In this document: positions 23,091-33,500 of the stretch, in pieces
Layout: every line of letters starts with the position of its first letter
How positions within the stretch are numbered: position 1 is the first letter of the stretch
Assembly (NCBI RefSeq): GCF_947242115.1
Contig: NC_074722.1
Coordinates: 29,924,340 to 29,988,339 of the forward strand
DNA: 64,000 nt
Direction: 5' to 3'
From: Biomphalaria glabrata
Lineage: Eukaryota
Program-made: the position numbers and the translations under genes
Notes under the pieces: generated by a model
Database searches by the model: none
Told to the model about the DNA's origin: nothing
The model's input: the letters and a program-made list of their open reading frames with translations, nothing else

Positions 23091-25502
23091 AGAGGAGGGG
23101 GAGAATTTGAAGATACCCCCCGGGCCCCCACTTGAGGGGGGCCCCCAAATGAGTGTCCCGTCACGGTCATGTAATCCTGCTTTTCACGTTGTTATATAAG
23201 TTACTGACCTTGTTGCATGTACTCCACACAGATTAATAACTCTTTCCGTGCGGGGTTACTCTTAATTTCAAGGAGTAACTTCCATAGCGCTGACTAATGC
23301 CTTGTTATTCTCAGGAAGTAACTTGGTATATATGGAAGTTTATTTCATCATCCTTATCATTTAAGAAGAAGTCTGATAAGAGCACTGAAAACAAAGGAGA
23401 CAATGAACGTGTCTAAGAAAAGTATCACTATTCAGATGATTCATACAAAGATACTGCAGTCGAAGAAGTGAAAATGTCTCTTGATGACAGAAGTAGTGCT
23501 GAAGAAACTCCAGGGGAATACCCTTTTACCACAGTCAGAGAAAACATCTGAAGTAAGGGATACAGAAGATGAGTCAAGTGATGGTCTTCCAAAATCACTT
23601 TCTCCAGAAATGGAAGAAGCTGGAATTAAGTACAAAGACTTCCGATATATCCAGCCTGGAATTTTTATCTGAGGAACTGCGAGCAAAATTATGTTAAAGG
23701 GTAGCTTATTTTCCAGAACAAAGATGAACGGTATTGTTTCCAGTAGAGTTTACCCAGAATAAATCACAAAGTTTGACATCATGGTTCACTAGAAAGTTTC
23801 CAACAGGAGAAATTGGCAACCGATCTTGGCTCCTCTTCTCTCCACACTTGACTTGGGATGTCTTTTTTGTTTTGCATGCGTACTGTTTTCTGAGGCAAAC
23901 CAGGAGTTGATTTCACCAAATGTAAAAAACCTGAAGGACTGAAAGAACAATAAAAAGGAGTCCACCACAGACACGCTTTTTTGAAGTGGAAGCTAAAAGA
24001 AGAAAATATTAAGGCAGAACCAGATGAACTGTCACATATGTTTCATGCGCAAATTTAGAAAAATCAGCAATATTGGAGAGATATTATGAAGCGTGTAGCA
24101 GCAAAATGATGAGAAACGGACGCAACTGATCACACATCAAATGCTATGGATTTCCTGTAATCAAAACAACCAGAAGAAAAAATACTTTGATGGGAATTTA
24201 AGTTGACTTCTGATGTAAGACTGTCAATAGAATTGCAATTCAAAAGTGTTGCGACAGATGTGCTGGACTGACTTCATATGGAGATCAAGGACAGATTCCA
24301 AAGGCTGGGAAACCATGTGAACACCATTGGGTTTCTGCTTGAACCAAGACACCTCTTGGAATCTATTGATGATGACACGCTGATGAAAAACTATTACTTT
24401 TTTTTCCTGTTTGATGAAATACAGGCAAATCGCTTGTTAAATAATGTGTCATTGATGCACGCATGGGCGTAGCCGGGGGGGGGGGGGTTGGGGTTCAACA
24501 CCCCCCGAAATGAAATCCCCCCCCCCCACTGATCGGAATTTAGTGACTGATTTTTTGCTTTGATTTTGTTTTTTAGGTGAGATTTTAATACTAAACTATC
24601 ACTTGTCTTAGCACAGTAAAGGAGGTTTTGAGTTTAAACCCCCTACCAGGAGTTTTGAGTTTAAAACCCCCTACCGGAGGGGGGTTGAGTTTAAAACCTC
24701 CTACCAGGGGTTTTCGAAGTTAAATGCCCCTTTTCTATAACACAAAACAAAAAAATGCAAACGACAATCCCCCAAATTTCACGAGCACAGTTAAGGAAGA
24801 TTTTTGATTTTTAAACCCCCTCCAAAATTTACGATAAACCCCCTCTTCAATATAAAAAAAGAAAATTACACACTCAAAATTCTATGAGCGTAGCCAAAGG
24901 GGTTTTGAGTTAACCCCCATCCCCTCTTCAATAGGGTTTGAAGCTAAAAATACCTCTTCAATACCTGGTATAAAAAAAAAAACGCAAATTACGCACTCAA
25001 AATGTTATGAGCGTAGCTAAATGGATTTTGACTCAGTTTTAAATTTAAACCCCTCTTCAGTAGGGTTTGAAGCTAAAAATACCTCTTCAATATGAAAAAA
25101 AGCAAATTATGCACTCAAAAAGTTATGAGCGTAGCCAAAGGGGTTTTGAGTTTAAACCCCCCGCAAGCGGGATTTGAAGCTAAAAAATACATCTTCAATG
25201 TAAGAAAAATGCAAATTACGCACTCAAAATGCTATGAGTGTTGCCAAAAGGAGTTTTGACTCAGTTTTGAGTTTAAACCCCCCCTTCAGCGGGGTTTGAA
25301 GGTAAAAAATACCTCTTTAATATTAAAAACAAAGCAAATTATACACTCAACATGTTATGCCCTCCAGTGGAGTTTGAAGCTAAAAAATACCCCATCAATA
25401 TTAAGAAAAGAAAATTACAAACTCAGAAATCTATGAGCGTAGCCAAAGGGGTTTTGAGTTTAAACCCCCGCATGCAGGATTTGAAGCTAAAAAATACATC
25501 TT

Positions 25503-25837
25503 CTTCTTCTTTTTCTTCTAGCCAGCTTTATTGCTGCTGAGCTGTGAGCTCTTTTGCAGACTGTGCCAAAGAAAAAAAGTGTGCTGTTTTCTTCAGTTGT
25601 TCAGCACTGCCGTACAGGGTGTTGGTTATGTTGGGCTGTAGTGGAAGAAGGGTCTGCCTAAGGTGGATTAGGGAGGGGCATTCAAAGAGGATATGGTTTA
25701 CGGTTTCAAAGGGGTGGGCGCAATGTCTGCAAAGGGGTAGTTGTGTGGAGTTTATTTTGTTCAGGTGGTAATTTAATAGTGGTGTGTGTCCTGTTCTTAG
25801 TTGGAAGATTGTAGATTGTTCTTTGCGGGGGAGGAAA
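25503..25837 (-). mobile_element. 5'-truncated LINE 3' fragment inserted into the VNTR of copy A, with a 14-bp target-site duplication.
   Basis: The minus-strand ORF (25528-25851) has the typical ORF2 C-terminal Cys/His tail ...FQLRTGHTPLLNYHLNKINSTQLPLCRHCAHPFETVNHILFECPSLIHLRQTLL.... A (GAA/AAG)n-type 3' tail lies at 25503-25525 (plus text ttcttcttctttttcttc). The direct repeat aaaaatacatcttc flanks both sides (25488-25501 and 25838-25851). Confidence 0.7.
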
Positions 25838-26719
25838 AAATACATCTTCAATGTAAGAAAAAAGCAAATTACGCACTGAAAATGCTATGAGCGTTACATT
25901 ACCAAAAGGAGTTTTGAGTTTAAACCCCCTTCAGAGTGGTTTGATGTTAAAAAATACCTCTTCAATATAAAAAAAAAGCAAATTACACACTAAAATTATT
26001 TGAGCATAGCCAAGACAATTGGGGGTTTTGAGTTTAATTCCGTCTCCTACAGATGGCTTTTTTAAAGTTTAAAATCCCTCCAGATGGTTTTGAGTTTAAA
26101 ATCCCCATACAGAGAGTTAAATTTTGAGGTGGAAAACCTCTATCTTCAATATTATTCTAAAGCAAACTACAGTTACTAAATTCTATGACCGTAGCTAAAT
26201 GGGGTTTTGAATTAAAAAAAAACACAAAAAACTTCACTTTTCGATACAAAATCTAAAGCAAACTACAATCACTTAATTCCAAGAGCGTATTTAAGAGAGG
26301 TTACACATTTCTACCATTGGCGGGGCTCAATTAGTGCAGTTACTAAATTCTATGACAGTAGCTAAATGGGGTTTTGAATTAAAAAAAAAACACAAAAAAC
26401 TTCACTTTTCGATACAAAATCTAAAGCAAACTACAATCACTTAATTCCAAGAGCGTATTTAAGAGAGGTTACACATTTCTACCATTGGCGGGGCTCAATT
26501 AGTGCAGTTACTAAATTCTATGACCGTAGCTAAATGGGGTTTTGAATTAAAAAAAAAACACAAAAAACTTCACTTTTCGATACAAAATCTAAAGCAAACT
26601 ACAATCACTTAATTCCAAGAGCGTATTTAAGAGAGGTTACACATTTCTACCATTGGCGGGGCTCAATTAGTGCAGTGAATAGTCATCTGCCGAAATTGAA
26701 AAACACTAAATGTGGCTCA

Positions 26720-27359
26720 TTTAGTGTTTTTCAATGACCAAGTAGAAAGTTGTATATACCTTGGGAGTGTAGTCAGTATATCAGGTGGAACAGAGGAAGA
26801 CATTAAACGCCGTATAAATCTAACACGTCAGACATTTACACAGCTAAAACCAACCTGGAAATCTCCTTACATCTCAAACAAGACTAAATTAAGAATCTTT
26901 AACTCTAATGTCAAGGCTGTCCTACTGTATGGTTCTGAAACATTGAGAACAACTGAAGCCACAACAAAAAAAAAAAATACAGACCTTCATCAACAGATGC
27001 CTGAGAAATATCCTAAAAATACACTGGTATGACAAAGTAGAAAACACCAAACTGTGAGAGATGAGTGGACAGAAAAACATAGAAGTGCAGATCTTAGAGA
27101 GGAAGTGGAGATGGATTGGTCACACCCTTAGAAAAGATACCAGCAACAGAGCTAGGCAGGCCTTAGAATGGAACCCCCAGGGAACAAGACGCAGAGGAAG
27201 ACCAAAAAGAACATGGCGACGCAGTGTACTTGAAGAAGCAGAGAAGACCGGGAAGAGCTGGGACACCATCAAAAAGCTAGCAAGAGACCGTGGAGAGTGG
27301 CGTGTTTTTGTCGAGGCCCTATGTTCCATGAGGAACTCAAAGGAGTGATGATGATGATG
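26720..27359 (+). mobile_element. RTE-like LINE 3' fragment inserted near the 3' end of copy A. It ends in a (GAT)n microsatellite tail and is flanked by the 12-bp target-site duplication aaatgtggctca.
   Basis: The plus ORFs 26712-27032 and 27061-27348 (one frameshift apart) encode ...KTKLRIFNSNVKAVLLYGSETLRTTEATTKKK... and the canonical RT C-terminus ...KWRWIGHTLRKDTSNRARQALEWNPQGTRRRGRPKRTWRRSVLEEAEKTGKSWDTIKKLARDRGEWRVFVEALCS. The tail gatgatgatgatgaa lies at 27344-27359. The TSD sits at 26708-26719 and 27360-27371. Copy B has no insertion at this point. Confidence 0.75.
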
Positions 27360-27582
27360 AAATGTGGCTCAACAAAGAGATGGCTAAGACGGATTTTAGG
27401 AGTCAGTTATAGGGATCGGGTGACTAAGATCTATATAGATCTAGATACTAGACTCTTATCTTTTGTCTTAGTTTTTACATGAAGTTGATCTGTTTATTTG
27501 TATAGATGAGTGCTATTTACATTGTAAATATCTTCTTTTCCGATTTTTTTTCCGAAACGAAACATTTAAGCGCATTGTAGAA

Positions 27583-30500
27583 ATGGATACATTAGCAACA
27601 CAAGATATTGTCGACGGCGATTTTAGTGAAGAAGATCTTTTGCAGAGTAATGCATGGGGTCGATTGTTCCCTCTAGGTGCAAGTTTTGTGGCAATGGGTA
27701 TCTATACTTCAGATCTAGATATATTATTATTATTAGTATAATAATCTAAAATCTAATTCGAATGATAATAATCTAGTATAATAATAATACTACTAAATAC
27801 TAGATCTAGTATAATCCTATATAAGTATATTTATATTACTATAATTTATTAATTAAGCATAAATAAAGTATAATATTATATTATATTATATAATAAGAAT
27901 ATAGATATTATAGTATATAGGTGACTAGTGACTAGTATATATTAAATATATTTAAATTTTATATAATAAATATATTATATATTATATTTTATTATTTTTA
28001 ATTTTATAGACATTATCATTTATGATATTATCATTTATTATGATTATTATACTCAGTATTATAATTATAGATCTATTAAAAATATATTACAACAGATTAC
28101 AGATCTATAGTTATATGTTTATACTAACTATAGTATAGAATAATAGATTATAGATTAGACATCATTAGTGATTAGATTATTAGTCATCAATCATTAAATG
28201 TCATTTATGATAAATACTCTACTAGACTCAGTTTATTCAATTTTAAATACAAAAATACATAAATTATATTATAGAATCTTAATTTACTAAATTGTTATTG
28301 TGTAAATTGATAAAAATCTCATCTAAATTAACTAAATAAAAATCTAAAAATGTAAAATTTATAGATGTCTAGTTTGATCTAGTCTTAGATCTATAGAAAT
28401 CTAGATCTTATTAAATATTTAAAGTATGTTTTAGTTTTATTGATTATTGTTTAGACCTCACAGCAGATTCATACAGTTTTGGTCGAGGTGAAGATTGTGA
28501 TATTCCTTTCAGTAACAGTGCATCTAGAAAACACCAGTGTTTTCAAGCATACAGCAAAATTCACTTTAAGCTCCATAGAGTGAGTCTTAGTTTCATTTTG
28601 TGGTCATTAAGAATAGTGTTAATGTGTGCCTGTCTGTGTTACAGTGTGTTGTATACAAATTAGTAGTTACAAAGAATTACAAATTGATGCAAATAAAATA
28701 TTATATTAGAATATTCAGCAAGTCTTAAATCAACTTAATAGGCCTATCTACTAGTTACAGACCTGCCTACCGTTATGCAAAATGCGTATTCGTTACGCAA
28801 AATCTCCTAAAAATGACTGTCAGTACGAAAATAACAATTTAACCCGTTGTGTTGTAAACGCATTTTGATTATTTTTTTCCCCTCTCTTGACTAGCTTATG
28901 AGCGGTCACGGAGGTCACGCTAAGCCGTCCTGTTGGGGAAACACATTGTGTCCAGATCTATAGGTTGATTGGTTCTTAATCGCAATTAGATTTAGTCTAG
29001 AAATAAAGAACGCGAGAGTGAGGGAGTGGCGGGTTGGTACCAGGTTGGTGTAGTTAGCTGATACACCAACGTGACTTTTTTTTGTAAGTTTTATTTTTAA
29101 AAAGTTGAATGTAAAAAAAAAAAATCCCTGATTCCCGTATTCATTTGTATAGAAAAAAATATCGAAGTGCTATCGATTCAAAACACATTGAGTGACATTG
29201 TAGATTTATCGAGTCTAGATCTGGATTCTAGATCTAGAATCTAGATAACTTGTTATACAGGAATAGATCTAGCTAGAGTCTAGCTAGATATTATGTTATG
29301 ATTCTCTACATATGATTACTCTACAATCTAGATCCAATTTAGTTATAGTATGATTTAGAATTTAGATTGACTAGATCTAGATCGATAACATCTACTACCA
29401 TCTAGTCTAGATGTAGACTAGATTCTTAGTCTTAGTATAGAATAGATTAAGGATGAAGGTAGGCCTATGAAAGTTTGGAGTAGACCTACGTTTGTAGCAG
29501 ATCCATGTCATCGGTAACACTCTTGAGCCCAGATCTAGAGTAGATTATATTCATTATATAGACCTAGATCCAGATCTAGTCTAGATATCATCTCTATTGT
29601 CGTATTGATCTAGATTTAGATTGTAGATCTAATCATGACATCTAGATCTAATATTGTATATATATATATATGATAAAATAGTGGATCGTGTTACGCATTC
29701 TGGTGCCAAAATACGCATTTTGACCATCAGCGTTACGCATTTGGACTTTTTTAGGTAGGCAGGTCTGTAGTTAACATATTATATGAGCTCTGTAAAAATT
29801 GATTTATCTGTGAAATTAGCCGAATGAATGATGTTACTGACAAAGCTAAAATGTATCAAATTTTTAACACAAATGTTTTCACAGCAAAAAACAAACACAG
29901 GCATCCATGTATTTTTAGAAGACACTAGTAGCAATGGAACCTTCATTAATGGAGAGAAAGTTGGTAAGACATCAATAAAATAATATTTACATTATCTTGA
30001 AGAAATTTGTTTTATAATTGTTCATTAGATAGTAAACGAAATATATAGTCATACCAAAATTTCACTCTAACATTACATGTAAAGCTTACACCAGAAAGTT
30101 GGATTTTATTCTGATTTATTTACTAAAGGAACAATGCTTGTCTCTGTTTGTTTTTATGATTGGTGTCTTGCATGGAATGAATCTTGTCATATATGACAGT
30201 ATTTGTTAATCAATAGTTGTTTTTTTTTAAACTAAATTATTTGCAATTGTGAATGCAATTTAGCTGTGAGTTTCCTGTGAGAATAACTGACCAGAATGGG
30301 CCGCCTTGAAATTTGTTTGTAACACTTTTAACTCTTTTTGTTATAAAATGCAAATATGTTGTTTTTTTTCTTTTTCTCATTAGGAAAAAACAAGAAGCAG
30401 GTTTTAAACAACAATGATGAAATAGCACTGGCTATGAAAAAAAATAAAGGTAAAAAAATATATTTATACCATTATATACAGTACCCAACCAATGTCTTAT

Positions 30501-33500
30501 AAACCTAAAAGAATCAATGATCTTCTATGACCTTATTTAAACATAATGGAATTGTTAAATTGCTTGCCTGACCATAACAGGTGCTTTAGTGTTGTCAAGA
30601 AGGCTTCAAGTTCACCATCATTTTTCATCAATCTTTAAGAAATATGGATCAGGCTGTTATAAACTTTATTTATGAATGAATGCTTAGAACATCCATCAAT
30701 GCAAGATTGCTGGCTAAATTACATTCAAATTTTATAATAGCAGTAAAGCATTCAAAATGGTTAATAGCAGTAAAACATTCCAATTGATTAACAGCAGAAA
30801 AACATTCAATCCCTATAATAGTTGTTAATCATTCAAACTTTATAATACCGAATTAATAGCAGTAAAATTTTTAAACATTAACATTTGGATGAAACATTAA
30901 AACTTCATAATAACAGTGAAACACTGAAACTTTGCAATAGCAGTAAAACTTTATAATAGCTGTGAAACATTCAAACCAAACCACTAAAACATTTAAACTT
31001 TAAAATAGCGTTGAAACATTAAACCTCTATAACAGCAGTGATCTTTTTATTTTTATTTGCGTTTTTTTCTTTGTAATATCTATTTATATAAATAATCTTT
31101 CCAGCTTATGTTTTCATGGACCTACATACAAAAGAAGATTCCACTTTGCCATCAGCACTAACAGAGAAGTACACGTTGACCAGGGTATTAGGAAAGTATG
31201 TGAACCTAGTGTTTGAAATGCTTGACATGCTTAAAAAACAACTCATTAATATGTAAATGTATGTTTACAATTACAAAGTACTCTCGTGGTCGCGAGGCCA
31301 AGTGCGCTTGAACTTGGCGGGTTCGACACCCGACTCGGGCAGAGTTGTGTTTACTGAGCGCCCCCCCACTATAGCAACAAAATAACAGTGTTAACAACAT
31401 CGTGGATGGAAGTACATGAAAGTGAAAAAATGATGAGTCTTCAAGAGGCAAGGGATATTGCTGGCTAAAATTGAAGGCAAAAGAAAAGCAGCTGATATAT
31501 TAGGTGTTAATGAGTCCTGTGTCAAGGAGTAGCAGAAACAATGTAGCCTAATAAACAATTTGAGTTGAAACAAAGAAGTTCATGGAACTTTCATGAAAGA
31601 TTCCCTAAGGTAGACACTGAAGTCTTGGACTTATTCAAAGAAAGCACATCTAAACATTGTGCATGTGGTTTCAGCTCAGAAATGTAAACCTTGGCATGAA
31701 TGTTAAAAAAAAAAGTTAAGTTACCCTTTCAGACCTTGTGGTCTATAGGGTCATCTGTTTCTGTGGCCTACGGTTAATGAGGGTGTCATGTGGTCATCCC
31801 AACGACCAACCGCCTTTACTTTTCCCCAACTAATGTCAGGTACCCATTAGAGCTGGGTGGACTCAGAGACGCCCAAGGATCCTGAAATAAAAATCCCAGT
31901 CTTCACCATGATTCGAACCCGGGACCCCTGGTTCAGAAGCGAAGCGCTTTACCACTGAGAATGTTAACTGCACCTTAATTTTGAGCTCTTTATAAATGCA
32001 AAAATTTGTATGTCGCCGCTGGGGTTATGTAGCCACAGGAAATACTGCATTTCTTAATAATCTTCGGACAAGCTTTATTATAAATGCAAAAATGGTGTAC
32101 GTTAGGTTTAATAGTATATGTCTTTAATATTGCATCAAAAGCAATTAATTTTATTTATATAAGTTGATTCAACTTATTTTGTTCTAGGATGGAACTGATA
32201 AATGAATGATTATTGTGATTTTAGAGCCATATAAGGACAATGTTCTGACACATATGAACAGTGCCAGGCCCAATTTGGGTTTTTATCCTTGATGTTTTTT
32301 CTAGTCTAATACAGAGCAGACCATACTTTGGTGGGAGCATGGTAATTGTTTTGTACATTGTACTTTGACATGCTGTCAGAAAATTTCTGGATATCTATGC
32401 TCCGACCACCCTACCCCTGTTTAATGATTATTAGTTATCAGCCGCTCATATGTCAGTTGAAAAACAATATTCTAATAATTTACTTTATATTAGTCTTTTT
32501 TTTTATTTATGCAATATTTTAGATGTGTTTTTAGTTTACAGTATATTTGTCAACAGCACAATAAAACATCTTTTTGCTGCTTTACCTCAGACACTATTGC
32601 ACTCTGTCCTTTTGGACTTGAATACTTTACTCTAAAATACAATTCCAAAATTTAATCTAATTGATTTTGTCATTATTATCTTTCTAGAGGTGCATGTGGA
32701 GAAGTCAGACTTGCATTTGCTAAAGGTTCATGTGAAAAATTTGCTTGCAAAATCATTTCCAAAAAAAAATTTTCTGTTGGTGGAAAGTCACAACTGGTAA
32801 GTTTTTTATCTTTTGCTTTCAACTATGAAATGGGGACAAAAATCAATTTTAACAAAAGTTTCAATCACAGAGCTATACAAATTAAGTTTCTACTCCTCAA
32901 CTATTGATGTCAAGCTTATAAATTAAAATAAAAAGAGGAAACTAGATTCTAGAGTTAATGTACACAAATTTAATAATTCAAACTTTGAAAGTTTTTTGTA
33001 AAACATAAGGGGCACTGTTGTTTGGTTAGATTTAGATTTTATGGCACTTCGGCACAATTTAGGCCATCTTGTTTAGTAACCCAAGCCTTTGAACATTTGC
33101 TTGTTGTAAAATACGTTAATTTTAAGTGTATGCATGTCAGTGCTTCATATGTACAAAAACAAAAACATTGGCCATGTTCAAGATTTGAGAAATTTATTGA
33201 CCTAAAATAGTCTAGTTTTTGTTTTGTTTCATGCAGTCAATAAAAATATCCAACTTTTGGTGACTCAAATTATTTTGTTTTTGTTGTTTATTTCTTTTCA
33301 GAATCTAGCATCACAGGTTATGGGTGAAGTCAAAATTTTGAAATCACTGAAGCATGTGAGTGTAGTTTCTTTATCACATTTTTTAAAATAGTTTTCTTCT
33401 TTTATATTATATACATATTTTTTAAAACCTGAAAATTTTTACAAAATGTCAGTATTGCAATAAAAAGAATAAATATTAAAACGCTTATCTTTTTTTTTTA

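Larger units (their letters stand above)
24458..27421 (+). mobile_element. Composite nonautonomous element, copy A. It comprises a G/C-homopolymer head (CATGGGCGTAGCCGGGGGGGGGGGGTTGGGGTTCAACACCCCCCGAAATGAAATCCCCCCCCCCC), a VNTR of about 115-bp units (about 24860-25500 and 25850-26000), three tandem copies of a unit of about 174 bp (26164-26690), and a 3' module shared with an RTE-like LINE tail. It carries two nested LINE insertions.
   Basis: Copy A is homologous along its length to copy B at 56622-58040. Shared segments include ttagtgactgattttttgctttgattttgtttTttaggtgaGattttaatactaaacCatcacttg, the repeated unit gcaaattacgcactcaaaatgttatgagcgtagccaaaggggttttgagtttaaaccccc...gggtttgaagctaaaaatacctcttcaata, and the 3' end ggcggggctcaattagtgcag...tcatctgccgaaattgaaaaacactaaatgtggctcaacaaagagatggctaagacgg..ttaggagtcagttatagggatcgggt. 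Confidence 0.6.

Noticed and set aside
23380-24460. Short ORFs (for example MEIKDRFQRLGNHVNTIGFLLEPRHLLESIDDDTLMKNYYFF, MMTEVVLKKLQGNTLLPQSEK...) between the ccctaat repeat and composite copy A.
   Set aside because: No splice structure or recognisable domain is present, and the frames are interrupted. This may be a decayed transposase remnant, but I cannot support a call from sequence alone.
25544-25771. Plus-strand 75-aa ORF.
   Set aside because: It is antisense to the nested LINE 3' fragment, whose minus-strand frame carries the diagnostic ORF2 C-terminal motif.
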